Shown here one piece after another: positions 26,791 through 36,356 of a stretch of 64,000 bases of DNA. This stretch comes from a virus: IMG/VR virus record IMGVR_UViG_3300025141_000063, positions 8,144-72,143 of that record; one strand, 5' to 3'. The stretch's first letter is position 1. Every line of letters starts with the position of its first letter. A program made the translations under genes and the position numbers. Below the pieces are notes generated by a model that did not search any database, was not told where the DNA came from, and saw nothing but the letters and a program-made list of their open reading frames with translations.

Positions 26791-28106
26791 GTACTTTCCG
26801 ATCCCGAACCCGCAAGACCCGCAACGCCACCTCCAAGCGCCGTGGAGGCGGGGGCATGGCCTTCTTCTCCGACGAGATCCGCTTCAAGTCGGTTCCCGTC
26901 AAGACGAGCGGCATCCCGCTGCTCTTCATCGACGCCAAGTACCCGAACCCCCGCGGGGACGAGGGCGCCTGGGACGACGCGGCCCCCTACTACCTGTTCA
27001 AGCAGGGCACGGCGGTCATCAAGGTCCGCGGTGAGTTCAAGGGCATGCGGACCGACTGCATGCCGGGCACCATCAAGGCCCCCGACGACGAGTACCCCGC
27101 CGGCGACCCGCGCTGCTACTACTCGCGGGACGAGTACAAGAACACCCTCTGGAGCGAGCTCGACAACGATGACCGCATCGGCATTGGCTACAAGCACGCC
27201 ATCAACGTCCTGGACCTGCGGCCTCACCACGAGGTGGCGAAGACGGACCGCGACGGCAAGGTGATCAAGAAGCAGAACGGTGACCCCGTCATGCACCGCG
27301 TCCCTTACGAGAAGGGTGGAGAGTTCGACGGCGAGCCGGTCGTCTCGGGCCGCCGTGGCTACTCGGTCTTCGGGCCTCGCCACATCGAGCACACGATGAA
27401 CCTCGAGCTGCAGGTGGAGGACTTCTGCCGCTCCTGCCGCGAGGGGCTCATCATCCGCGAGGCGTTCACCTGCCCCAACTGCGACGAGATCATGATCGAT
27501 CTCACCCAGGCCGGGCTGAACGAGGAGGAGGCCGAGAAGATCTACCAGAACGGCATGAAGTGCCCCCACTGCAAGAAGCCGGGCCAGTACCCCGAGGAGG
27601 TCCTGGGATGCCGCGTGCCGGACGACGAGGGTGACCCCTCCGACGACGTCTGCTGCGGGGAGCCCAGCCGGGCCTCGCTGTTCGACGTCGTCTGGTACGT
27701 CCGCAAGACGGGTGCGGGCACCGACACCGCGCTCGACGCGTACCGGAAGGGCAAGCCGATCCCCTGGGTCTGGCTGGAGGACTACGACGTCAGCGACGGC
27801 GAGGCCCTCATCGAGCGCGACTTCGGGATCACCGAGACGGAGACGGGCCACAAGCCCGACTACGTCTGGCACCCCGAGATCGCCAAGATGCTGGCGCCCT
27901 ACGACTTCAGCAAGGTCCGCAACATCGGCGTGCCCGGGCTGAAGAACTGGCAGCTCGCCGACTTCCTCGGCATCGAGCTGACGGACGACCTGGAGTCGTA
28001 CAACGACAAGGACAGCAGCGACAATGGGGCAGGCTCCTCCGGGGGTGGCAAGTCCAGCCGTCGCTCCAGCCGTCGAGGCCCGTCGGGCCCCGGCAGCCGC
28101 TACTGA
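26787..28106 (+). CDS. Probable single-stranded DNA-binding protein with zinc-ribbon inserts
   Basis: Lies between primase and polymerase; FDVVWYVRKTGAGTDT resembles phage SSBs; CRSC, CPNC, CPHC motifs. Confidence 0.45.
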   Translation: MSTFRSRTRKTRNATSKRRGGGGMAFFSDEIRFKSVPVKTSGIPLLFIDAKYPNPRGDEGAWDDAAPYYLFKQGTAVIKVRGEFKGMRTDCMPGTIKAPDDEYPAGDPRCYYSRDEYKNTLWSELDNDDRIGIGYKHAINVLDLRPHHEVAKTDRDGKVIKKQNGDPVMHRVPYEKGGEFDGEPVVSGRRGYSVFGPRHIEHTMNLELQVEDFCRSCREGLIIREAFTCPNCDEIMIDLTQAGLNEEEAEKIYQNGMKCPHCKKPGQYPEEVLGCRVPDDEGDPSDDVCCGEPSRASLFDVVWYVRKTGAGTDTALDAYRKGKPIPWVWLEDYDVSDGEALIERDFGITETETGHKPDYVWHPEIAKMLAPYDFSKVRNIGVPGLKNWQLADFLGIELTDDLESYNDKDSSDNGAGSSGGGKSSRRSSRRGPSGPGSRY

Positions 28107-28127
28107 TCTAATCAACCACTGAGACCT

Positions 28128-28154
28128 CGGGGCCCGCGTCTGCGGGCCCCGTTT
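28128..28154 (+). terminator. GC-rich hairpin, probable intrinsic terminator or attenuator
   Basis: cggggcccgc-gtct-gcgggccccg (10-bp stem) followed by ttt. Confidence 0.6.
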
Positions 28155-28164
28155 GGGGGGACGC

Positions 28165-30180
28165 ATGCTCCGACCGCCTGCTGAGTACATCGACACCGAA
28201 GAGAAGGCCGCCAAGGTCCTCCGCTACCTGATGAAGCAGCGCCGCGTCGGAGTAGACACCGAGACCACCGGGCTCCAGATCCACAAGGACATCGTCCTGT
28301 TCTGGGGCCTCGCGACGATGGATCGTCGCTTCTGCATTCTGGGGGACCTGCTCCCCTTCTTCTCGCCCCTCTTCACGGCGCCGAACACCCAGAAGGTGTT
28401 CACCAACGCCAAGTACGATCGGCACATCATCGCCAACAGCGGGGGCGGGGGCTTCGCCGGCAACATCGTCTGCACCCTGGTCCTGGACTGGCTCCTCGAC
28501 GAGAACCGCCGGAGCCACGGCCTCAAGCAGTGCATCAAGGACCATTTCGGCGAGCCGATGCCCGCCTTCAAGGACGTCTTCGGTAAGGCAGTGCGTGCGG
28601 AGAACCAAGCGGGCGAGATGATGGCGATGCTGCACTCGGACTCGGAGTCCGAGCGGCAGAAGGCCATCGAGTACACCAGCCGCGACCCGTGGGAGTCCCT
28701 GCGCCTCGGCAACTACCTGCTGGGCGAACTCGAAAAACAGCCCATCGACGACTCCGGCTACAACCTCGCCGACCACTACTGGGAGGTCGAGGAGCCCTTC
28801 GGCCAAGTCCTCTGGAACATGGAACGCCGCGGTGTGATGGTCAACACCGACTACCTGGAGGAGATCGCTCCCGGCATCGAGCAGCAGGTGGAGAAGATCG
28901 AGCGGAAGTTCAACCGAGCGGCGGGCCGCGTGCTGAATCTCAACAGCACCCCGCAGCTGCGTGAGCTCTTCTTCGAGCAGCTGGGCGTAATGCCCACGAA
29001 GTTCGGGAAGCCGCACGCAGCCACCGGCAAGGTCACCCCCTCCTGCGACAAGGAGGTCCTGGGGGCGTGGGCCGAGGGAGATATCGCCTTCTGGGATGGC
29101 CAGAGGGAGGTTGCCGGGGACGAAGAGGATGTTCACTACGTCCAGGACCTCGCCGACTCCCTGCAGGAGCACCGCGGGCTGACAAAGTTCCTGGGCACCT
29201 ACGTGCGTGGGCTCGAGACCCACGCCGACGAAAACTTCCGCATCCACTGCACGATCAACCAGCACATCGCGCGCACCGGGAGGATCACCGCCAGCAAGCC
29301 CAACCTGACCAACATCCCCACGCTGCGCAACGACCGCTTCGGCATCCGCTACGCCTTCATCGCTGATGGAGGCAGGTCCCTGGGTGTGTGGGACTACAAG
29401 ACGCTTGAGATGAGGGTCATGGCCCACTTCTCCGGCGACAAGGCCATGCGCGGGGCCATCCGCAAGAAGGTGGACCTGCACGGGTTCACCGTCAGCGAGA
29501 TGGGGATGGGCTACTCCATCGAGGAGGTCGCAGCCGCCAAGGCCAAGGACGACGAGGGGCTGCCCCTATCCGAGAGGGAGACGGACATCCTCCGGCAGCG
29601 CGTAGGCTCTAAGGCCGTGGGCTTCGGGCTCATCTACGGCATCGGGGAGGTCAAGCTCGGGCGCCAGCTCGGGCTGCCCATCGTGGTGCGTGTGGACAAG
29701 AAGGGAAGGAAGCGGGAGACCTGCCCGGAAGCGAAGAAGCTGATCGGCAAGTACTTCGGCGTCTTCCCGGGCGTGAAGAAGTTCATCCGCGACACGAAGG
29801 CCTGGGTCCACAGCGAGGGCTACGTCCAGACCTACCTGGGCCGGTTCCGCCGACTGCCCACCATCTTCTCCGGCAACCGGCAGCTGTCGACTCAGGCAGA
29901 GCGCCAGTCGGTCAACACCATCATCCAGGGAAGTGCGGCAGACATCGTGAAGATGGCGATGATCAAGTGCGAGAATGACCCGGACCTGCAGGCAGCGGAT
30001 GCGCGGATGCTTCTGCAGATCCACGATGAGCTGATGTTCAGCGTCCCCGACCACGAAGACATCAAGCGGGACGTGCAGGAGAGAGTCAACCACCACATGG
30101 AACACCCCTTTGACGAGCCGCTGGCGGTGGACCTTCCGGTCTCGGGCGGCTACGCGACGAGCTGGGGAGAGGCTAAATAG
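28165..30180 (+). CDS. polA: Family A DNA polymerase with 3'-5' exonuclease
   Basis: DTETTG, NAKYD, Y...D exonuclease motifs; TGRITASKPNL; DYKTLEMR; KAVGFGLIYG; QIHDEL. Confidence 0.97.
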   Translation: MLRPPAEYIDTEEKAAKVLRYLMKQRRVGVDTETTGLQIHKDIVLFWGLATMDRRFCILGDLLPFFSPLFTAPNTQKVFTNAKYDRHIIANSGGGGFAGNIVCTLVLDWLLDENRRSHGLKQCIKDHFGEPMPAFKDVFGKAVRAENQAGEMMAMLHSDSESERQKAIEYTSRDPWESLRLGNYLLGELEKQPIDDSGYNLADHYWEVEEPFGQVLWNMERRGVMVNTDYLEEIAPGIEQQVEKIERKFNRAAGRVLNLNSTPQLRELFFEQLGVMPTKFGKPHAATGKVTPSCDKEVLGAWAEGDIAFWDGQREVAGDEEDVHYVQDLADSLQEHRGLTKFLGTYVRGLETHADENFRIHCTINQHIARTGRITASKPNLTNIPTLRNDRFGIRYAFIADGGRSLGVWDYKTLEMRVMAHFSGDKAMRGAIRKKVDLHGFTVSEMGMGYSIEEVAAAKAKDDEGLPLSERETDILRQRVGSKAVGFGLIYGIGEVKLGRQLGLPIVVRVDKKGRKRETCPEAKKLIGKYFGVFPGVKKFIRDTKAWVHSEGYVQTYLGRFRRLPTIFSGNRQLSTQAERQSVNTIIQGSAADIVKMAMIKCENDPDLQAADARMLLQIHDELMFSVPDHEDIKRDVQERVNHHMEHPFDEPLAVDLPVSGGYATSWGEAK

Positions 30181-30183
30181 GAA

Positions 30184-30423
30184 ATGACCAACGACAAACT
30201 CCAACAGAAGCTCGACGCACTGACCGTCGACGACCTCGTACGTGAGGAAATCATCAACGCGCCCATTCGAGACCTGCTCTTCATGGAGATCCTCGCTACC
30301 GGGGAGACCCCTTGGGCCGCCCTGATGCGGAAGGGGTGGAAGCACGCAATCGAGTCGCCGCTGGAGGCTCGATTGCGTGCGGAAACAGCAAGCGCTGGCG
30401 GAGGCTTGGATGACGAAGACTGA
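30184..30423 (+). CDS. Hypothetical protein
   Basis: 79-aa ORF coupled to polA. Confidence 0.55.
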   Translation: MTNDKLQQKLDALTVDDLVREEIINAPIRDLLFMEILATGETPWAALMRKGWKHAIESPLEARLRAETASAGGGLDDED

Positions 30424-30712
30424 GCTGATCGAGAGGGCCGCCGCCCGCTGGGATGGCGGCGGCCTGAAGATGCTGAAAACTGACCAGAAGACCCTCGTCT
30501 CGGACATTCTGGGGTGTATACTCGACGAGGTCGAGGGTGCCCTGCGAGACAAGATCGAGGTGAAGATCGAAGGCTTCGGGACACTGAAGCCGACGTTCCA
30601 GAAGAGGCGCTCCCGCCACAACATCCAGACCGGGGAGACCGACGTCCATGAGGCGCACTACGCCCTTCGGTTCCGCCCGTCCAAGCGTCTGCGCGACGCA
30701 CTGAAGGAGTGA
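30410..30712 (+). CDS. hup: HU/IHF-family DNA-binding protein
   Basis: MTKTELIE...VKIEGFGTL...RSRHNIQTGE...FRPSKRLRDAL. Confidence 0.88.
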   Translation: MTKTELIERAAARWDGGGLKMLKTDQKTLVSDILGCILDEVEGALRDKIEVKIEGFGTLKPTFQKRRSRHNIQTGETDVHEAHYALRFRPSKRLRDALKE

Positions 30713-30714
30713 TC

Positions 30715-30879
30715 ATGGAGAAGTACGGCGTTGTGACCAGCAAGCCGAAGCCCGGTGAGAAGACCGCGGCCAAGAACGACCAGGAGAAGCGCGGCTCGAA
30801 CGTGCCGATCTCCGACACCCACGGCACCGAGCCCTGGGAGTCCCCGCCCCCGCTGAAGAAGCCCTCCCCCAAGAAGTAG
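30715..30879 (+). CDS. Small basic protein (54 aa) containing EKTAA
   Basis: AAGGAG RBS; MEKYGVVTSKPKPGEKTAAKNDQEKRGSNVPISDTHGTEPWESPPPLKKPSPKK; not in the ORF track. Confidence 0.65.
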   Translation: MEKYGVVTSKPKPGEKTAAKNDQEKRGSNVPISDTHGTEPWESPPPLKKPSPKK

Positions 30880-30935
30880 ACCTCCTCTCACGAGGAGCCA
30901 TGACGAGCCTGTCACGCAGGCTCGAAGGGACCCCT

Positions 30936-32159
30936 ATGGCCACGAAGAAGAGAAAGACCGCCACCCGTGGCGGAGGACCCACCCGTCTGGAGCGCCGCCA
31001 GGCCTTCCAGGCCCACATCAAGAAGGAGTACAAGGACACCGGCCTGATCATGCGGGGCGACGAGTACGAGGCCCCCTTCATGGTGCGCCGCATCCCCACG
31101 GGCATCCTCGAGCTGGACCTTGCCCTGAACGGAGGCTTCCCCTGCGGAGGCGTCTCCGAGATCATCGGTGCCGAGTCGTCGGGCAAGACCACCCTGCTCA
31201 ACCAGGTCTTCAGCTACCAGCAGCAGATCCTCGGCAAGGACGCGATGCTGGGCATCGCCATGACGGAGCAGCCCTTCGACAAGGGGCACGCGAAGTTCAA
31301 CTGCGGCGTCAACATCGCCATCCACCCCAAGGAGATCGACGCCATCGAGGCGACCCTCAAGCGGAAGCTCACCAAGGAAGAGAGCGCGATCATGGGCAGC
31401 CAGACCGGGGAGTTCGATGAGTTCGCTGCGGGCACGGTCGAGGCGCTGTACGACATGCTCCTCGACGCCGTGGCGTCGCGCACCTACCACGTCCTCGGCC
31501 TGGACTCCTGGGGCTCCATCCTCACGGAGGCCGAAGAGGGCTCCAACATGCAGGACAAGATGTACGCCGGCGGTGGAGGGGCGAACGTCAACGCCTCCTG
31601 GGCACGGCGACTGTCCCCCGAGTTCGTGGTCCCCAAGGACGGGAACCGCAACTACACAGCGCTCATCGGGATCAACCAGTACCGGATGAAGATGAACGCC
31701 AACCCGAAGGCGGGGGCCATGAAGCAGATGAGCGTGCAGGGCGGCTACGCCCTGAAGCACATCAAGCTGGTCTCCATCTTCTTGGAGTCGTTCGACCTCT
31801 GGGAGGAGACGAGCGGGAAGCGGAAGCGGGTCGGTAAGAAGATCAAGTGGACCGTGATGAAGGGCAAGGCCGGCTGCCACGACGGCGGCACGGGCGAGTA
31901 CGAGATTCGCTACGGCGTCGGCATCGACATCCTGCGCGAGCACCTGATGGCCGGGCTCCTGCGGGGCCTCATCGTCAGCAAGGGCTCCTGGTACTACCTG
32001 ATGGACCCCTCGGACGACTCCGAGATCTTCAAGGCCCAAGGCAAGGACGCCTTCCTCGCCCTGCTCAAGAATGAGGACGGCGCCCTGGAATGGCTCCGTG
32101 ATTCCGTCATCGACTACGAGGTTCGTGAGAACGGGGCCTCCTTCATCCCGCCCCGATGA
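30936..32159 (+). CDS. recA: RecA-like recombinase
   Basis: IPTGILELDLALNGGFPCG..SEIIGAESSGKTT, LDSW, INQYR, GGYALKH. An alternative start lies at 30900. Confidence 0.92.
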   Translation: MATKKRKTATRGGGPTRLERRQAFQAHIKKEYKDTGLIMRGDEYEAPFMVRRIPTGILELDLALNGGFPCGGVSEIIGAESSGKTTLLNQVFSYQQQILGKDAMLGIAMTEQPFDKGHAKFNCGVNIAIHPKEIDAIEATLKRKLTKEESAIMGSQTGEFDEFAAGTVEALYDMLLDAVASRTYHVLGLDSWGSILTEAEEGSNMQDKMYAGGGGANVNASWARRLSPEFVVPKDGNRNYTALIGINQYRMKMNANPKAGAMKQMSVQGGYALKHIKLVSIFLESFDLWEETSGKRKRVGKKIKWTVMKGKAGCHDGGTGEYEIRYGVGIDILREHLMAGLLRGLIVSKGSWYYLMDPSDDSEIFKAQGKDAFLALLKNEDGALEWLRDSVIDYEVRENGASFIPPR

Positions 32160-32353
32160 CCTGGGTCCTGCTACCGCTCTCCCTCGTGGGAGTGCTGATC
32201 TGGTGGTACCGCACCCGTCGTGGCGATCTCATCCCTTCCGACTCCCGCGCCCAAGGAAGGTACTGCCCCGTCTGCGGGGCAGTACCCGGGCAGCTGTGTC
32301 ACCGCAACGGCATCACCCTGGTCATTCAGATGCACCGAGGAAGACTTCCATGA
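32156..32353 (+). CDS. Small membrane-anchored zinc-finger protein
   Basis: N-terminal hydrophobic helix, CPVCGA.PG..C...MH..R; ATGA overlaps at both ends. Confidence 0.6.
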   Translation: MTWVLLPLSLVGVLIWWYRTRRGDLIPSDSRAQGRYCPVCGAVPGQLCHRNGITLVIQMHRGRLP

Positions 32354-32802
32354 CAAAGCTGTACCTGCGGGTCTACGGAGGCGACTGGTTCACCGGCTTC
32401 GCGGTCGTAGACCTCCCCCCGGAGTACCTGGCCACCCTCGCGCGTCGACAGGTGGTGTGCGATGCGGTTCGCGAAGAGGACTCCGAGCTCTACCGCCTGC
32501 TCTTCTGGGACGGCTCCCCCGACATCTACGAGGGCGACCCCTTCGAGGGAGGGGAGCAGGCAGCTGTTCCCGCGCGAGTGGAGCTGCAGATGTGCGCGAT
32601 AGACGTGCGCGGCGGCCTCTACTGGAGCTGGCTGATCAAGCACACGTCTCAGACGATGACCACGGAGTCCCTGACAATCCCTGCGCTGCAGGACACCGAG
32701 CTCAACGACCCCGGCTTCTGGGTCTCCCCGGAGCTCCTGGAATGCTTCGACCCCGAAGAAGACGGGATAAGCGGAGCAACCCCCTACCTGGAGCGGCAAT
32801 GA
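32350..32802 (+). CDS. Hypothetical protein
   Basis: MTKLYLRVYGG...; ATGA overlaps. Confidence 0.65.
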   Translation: MTKLYLRVYGGDWFTGFAVVDLPPEYLATLARRQVVCDAVREEDSELYRLLFWDGSPDIYEGDPFEGGEQAAVPARVELQMCAIDVRGGLYWSWLIKHTSQTMTTESLTIPALQDTELNDPGFWVSPELLECFDPEEDGISGATPYLERQ

Positions 32803-33332
32803 CCGATCAGACCCACCCCTATCCCGGCGTCGACCTGCTGGTCCTCGACCTGGACCAGACGGTTCGCGGGAACCGCGCGGCCAACTGGCGTCCCCCCAAC
32901 CACACCGGAGAGCAATTCATCTACCCCGGCATCGCCAAGATCCTGGCGCTGTACGTCGAGGCTGGCGTCCCCGTCCGCTTCGCTACCAACCAGGGCGGCA
33001 TCCAAGCGGGGCACTCCACCGTGGAGAAGACCGAGGAGGTCCTCGACGAGACGATGACCCTCCTCAACGGGGAGATCGGTGAGGACCTGTTCAGCCTCGA
33101 GGACGTGAAGTACTGCCCCTCCACCGACCGGAGCCACGCCGACCGGAAGCCCAACGGAGGGATGCTGGACGACTGGGTCGAGGAGGAGGACATCCGGCAG
33201 GGCCACGACAACTGCCTGTACGTCGGGGACCGGGAGACCGACCGGCAGGCCGCCATGAACGCGGGCTACGACTTCATGTGGGCCTGGGACTTCTGCGACG
33301 GCGTTCCCGTCCGGCCGGAGAAGAAGCGATGA
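32799..33332 (+). CDS. HAD-IIIA phosphatase (GmhB / polynucleotide 3'-phosphatase-like)
   Basis: DLDQT, ATNQGGI, RKPNGGM, VGDRETD..AA. Confidence 0.88.
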   Translation: MTDQTHPYPGVDLLVLDLDQTVRGNRAANWRPPNHTGEQFIYPGIAKILALYVEAGVPVRFATNQGGIQAGHSTVEKTEEVLDETMTLLNGEIGEDLFSLEDVKYCPSTDRSHADRKPNGGMLDDWVEEEDIRQGHDNCLYVGDRETDRQAAMNAGYDFMWAWDFCDGVPVRPEKKR

Positions 33333-33886
33333 GGGAGGTCTACGTCAGCGTCGACGTGGAGGCGGACGGCCCCATCCCGGGGCCGTTCTCCCTCCTCTCC
33401 CTGGGGGCCGCGGCTTTCCTGCCCGGGAACCCGGCCCCCGTGTCCACCTTCAAGGAGAACCTGGAGGATCTCCCGGGGGCTTGCCAGGACCCGAAGACCA
33501 TGAAGTGGTGGGAGGGGCAGCAGGAGGCATGGGAAGCCTCCCGAAGCGACTTGCAGGACCCCTCCAAGGTCATGCACCGGTTCGCCCACTGGCTGGGCAA
33601 CCTCGAGGGCAGGCCGGTGTTCGTGGGCTACCCCGCAGGGTACGACTTCACCTTCGTCCACTGGTACCTGGTCAACTTCACGGGCAGCGACCCCTTCGGG
33701 TTCTCGGCCCTCGACATCAAGACCATGGCTTACACCATGCTGGGGCTGCCGTTCCGACAGACCGCGAAGAGGCGGATGCCGGAGCGATGGTTCGAGGGCG
33801 GGCCCGCGCACACCCACGACGCTCTCCAGGATGCCATCGGGCAAGGCGTGCTCTTCATCAACATGCTGAAGGAGTTACGCGGATGA
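33329..33886 (+). CDS. DEDDh 3'-5' exonuclease
   Basis: VDVEADG, YDFTF, LDIKT, HDALQDA. Confidence 0.88.
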   Translation: MREVYVSVDVEADGPIPGPFSLLSLGAAAFLPGNPAPVSTFKENLEDLPGACQDPKTMKWWEGQQEAWEASRSDLQDPSKVMHRFAHWLGNLEGRPVFVGYPAGYDFTFVHWYLVNFTGSDPFGFSALDIKTMAYTMLGLPFRQTAKRRMPERWFEGGPAHTHDALQDAIGQGVLFINMLKELRG

Positions 33887-34389
33887 AAGCCTGCCCCAAC
33901 TGCGGCGACAACTCCTGGCAGCCCTTCCTGGGGATGACCCGCAAGCTCCAGTGCCGGGGCTGCAAGAACGTCATCCCCAGAAAGGAACTCGTCGTCAAGG
34001 GAGAAGGTCGCCGCAGCCAGGGCAGGGGCCAGGCGAAGAAGCGGATCCGCCGGAGTGCGAAGAACGAGCTCCGGCGGGCCGCTGCAATCGGGGGTGGCAC
34101 TACCCCCGGCTCCGGCAACCGCGGCGCCTTGTCCATCTCTGCCGACGTGTTCGTGAAAGACACGCTCCGTGAGGAGGATAAGGAGACCGAGGCCAAGAGC
34201 TACACGCTTCGTCTGGCAGACCTTCTCAAGGTCGCGCGTCAGGCAGCGGCGAACGGGGAGATGCCTGCCCTCCGAGTTCAGTTCCTTCGGGAGCGCCAGC
34301 GCCACTCGTACGTGGTGCTTAGGGAAGAAGACTTCGACCAGCTACTGGTCCTACTGAGGAGAGAAGTTGAAGGTTCACACACTGGATGA
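33883..34389 (+). CDS. Putative Holliday junction resolvase-like PD-(D/E)XK nuclease with zinc ribbon
   Basis: CPNC/CRGC; TPGSG...ADV...EEDKET..KSY. Confidence 0.6.
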   Translation: MKACPNCGDNSWQPFLGMTRKLQCRGCKNVIPRKELVVKGEGRRSQGRGQAKKRIRRSAKNELRRAAAIGGGTTPGSGNRGALSISADVFVKDTLREEDKETEAKSYTLRLADLLKVARQAAANGEMPALRVQFLRERQRHSYVVLREEDFDQLLVLLRREVEGSHTG

Positions 34390-35197
34390 CGCGAAGAAGG
34401 TCGGCCCCGCCGTTGCGCTGGGGCTGTTCAAGACCTTCTCCTTCCGCAGCGATCTGCTGAAGTACATGAAGGAGTTCCGCAACCGGCGGAGCGGAGACAG
34501 GACCACCAAGTCCTTCCCCTGCGGCCCCTGCGAGGGCACAGGGATGATGCACGAGCACCCGCGCTCCGTGGACGTGTTCCACCCCTCGAGCTTCGGCCCC
34601 TACGGCTGTCGCCAGCGGTTGTGGTTCGACCTCTACGGGACGGTGGAGGAGATCAGCATCCACGACCCCGAGCTCCTGCTCATCTTCGACGTGGGACACC
34701 AGCTGCACGACATGCTGCAGACCTACGCCGAGCGGATGTACGGAGACGACTTCGAGCGGGAGGTGCGGGCCAAGGACGCTGACGGCCTCATCTCGGGGTC
34801 GGCGGACGGTCGCTGGACCTTCCCCAAGCTCCGAGTCATCCAGGAGATCAAGACGATCAACCGGAAGGGGTTTGAGGGGCTGTCGAAGCCGAAGCCTGAG
34901 CACATGTGGCAGGCGATGACCTACGCCAAGATGCTGGACATCCCCTTCATCCTCTTCGTCTACATCTGCAAGGACAACTCGCAGATCGTGGAGTACCACG
35001 TGCTGTTCGACGAGGAGATCTGGGCCGACGTCGAAGCCTTCCTGGACTCCGTGCTCGACTGCCCCGACGAAGAGGGCCCCGGAGCCATCAACGCCATGGG
35101 CAAGGTCGTGAACAAGTTCACCTGCAAGGGGTGCGGCTACTCCCACGGCTGCAAGTTCAGCCAGTTCAGCCCGCCCCGGAGGAGGAAGACGCGATGA
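34367..35197 (+). CDS. Cas4/RecB-like PD-(D/E)XK exonuclease
   Basis: HPSS...CRQRLW, G..LH, SGSADG, QEIKT, QAMTY, C-terminal CKGC...C. Confidence 0.82.
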   Translation: MKVHTLDDAKKVGPAVALGLFKTFSFRSDLLKYMKEFRNRRSGDRTTKSFPCGPCEGTGMMHEHPRSVDVFHPSSFGPYGCRQRLWFDLYGTVEEISIHDPELLLIFDVGHQLHDMLQTYAERMYGDDFEREVRAKDADGLISGSADGRWTFPKLRVIQEIKTINRKGFEGLSKPKPEHMWQAMTYAKMLDIPFILFVYICKDNSQIVEYHVLFDEEIWADVEAFLDSVLDCPDEEGPGAINAMGKVVNKFTCKGCGYSHGCKFSQFSPPRRRKTR

Positions 35198-35772
35198 GTG
35201 CACGACGTGGCACTGGCCGGCGCCTGAAGACTGACATGGAGGAGAAACACGAAGATGCCGCCAAGCTGTACGCCTCGGCCTACGACGAGGGGGTCACCGA
35301 ACTGGAGAACCGCGGGGTCGACCTGTCTGTAGAGGCCCCGACGCAGGACTTCACGGGCTCCATCCCCACCAACCTCCCGGACCTCGACTCGCGAGAGCTG
35401 GGAGACTTGCTGGGGCAGTGCACCGAGTGGTTCAACTACGTCTCCCGGCTGATGGCGCTCGTCGACGCGAAGCGCACCACGCTGGACCAGGCGCTGCGGA
35501 CCGCCGAGGCAGAGGTGCGGAGAGAACTGACCCGGAGTTCGGAGACGAAGAAGTACGAGAAGGACGACATGGTCCGCCTCGACACTCGAGTCGTGGCTCT
35601 GCGCTACGAGTACCTGCGCGCCGAGGTCCAGCACATCCTGCTGAGCCGGAGCATCGTGCCTTCCTCCGAGAAGGGGTACTCCGCGGTGAGCCGTGAGGTG
35701 AGTCGGCGGGACCAGGAGCAGCACCAGCACACCCGAGGCGGTGCCGTGGGCCGGCGGCGTAAGCAGCGCTGA
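35194..35772 (+). CDS. Coiled-coil hypothetical protein (possible recombination mediator)
   Basis: ATGA overlap; helical heptad pattern; sits among recombination genes. Confidence 0.6.
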   Translation: MSARRGTGRRLKTDMEEKHEDAAKLYASAYDEGVTELENRGVDLSVEAPTQDFTGSIPTNLPDLDSRELGDLLGQCTEWFNYVSRLMALVDAKRTTLDQALRTAEAEVRRELTRSSETKKYEKDDMVRLDTRVVALRYEYLRAEVQHILLSRSIVPSSEKGYSAVSREVSRRDQEQHQHTRGGAVGRRRKQR

Positions 35773-36356
35773 TGGAGGTCCTCATCGTCTACCCAGCGCT
35801 ACCGCTGACTACAAACCACGCCTACGCCACGGTACGGGGGAGCCATCGGGTGCTGAAGACCGAGGGGAAGACGTGGAAACGCAACTTCTACGACTTCTTG
35901 TGGGAGAAGTATGGTGACGACCTGGACGCGCTGCTTACCTCGGCCGGGGAAGACCAATGGCTGCTGGTGTCCTACTACTTCTTCTTCGACTCCCTCGTGA
36001 ACGCGGCCTTCCTGAAGCGCCACACCACCTCCTTGCCTGAGCGCCCCGGCAAGCGGAAGGGGAAGAAGGTGACGTTGCCGGCACAGGTTGCCGGTGAGAG
36101 GAAGTCGAACGAGCGCTTCAAGCGGCTCGACGCGAGCAACCGGCTGAAGCTGGTCGAGGACGGCCTGTCCGAGGCCCTGGGCATCGATGACAGCCGCTTC
36201 CAGATGGGGTCGGTGCTGAAGTACATGGACCCCGACAACCCCCGTACGGAGGTGCTGATCGAAGTCGTGAACCCGATAGATTTCGGCGTCCCAGAGGAGT
36301 ACGTTCGTGATCCCCGAAGTACCCTGCCCCGCACACGGGATGTACACCGCCCGTGA
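35772..36356 (+). CDS. rusA: RusA-like Holliday junction resolvase
   Basis: PLTTNHAY; RLDASNRLKLVEDGL...IDDSRF; PRTEV. Confidence 0.8.
   Translation: MEVLIVYPALPLTTNHAYATVRGSHRVLKTEGKTWKRNFYDFLWEKYGDDLDALLTSAGEDQWLLVSYYFFFDSLVNAAFLKRHTTSLPERPGKRKGKKVTLPAQVAGERKSNERFKRLDASNRLKLVEDGLSEALGIDDSRFQMGSVLKYMDPDNPRTEVLIEVVNPIDFGVPEEYVRDPRSTLPRTRDVHRP

Noticed and set aside
34367-35197. CRISPR-Cas system suggested by the Cas4-like gene
   Set aside because: No repeat-spacer array or other cas genes seen; solo Cas4-like exonucleases are common in phage replication modules.
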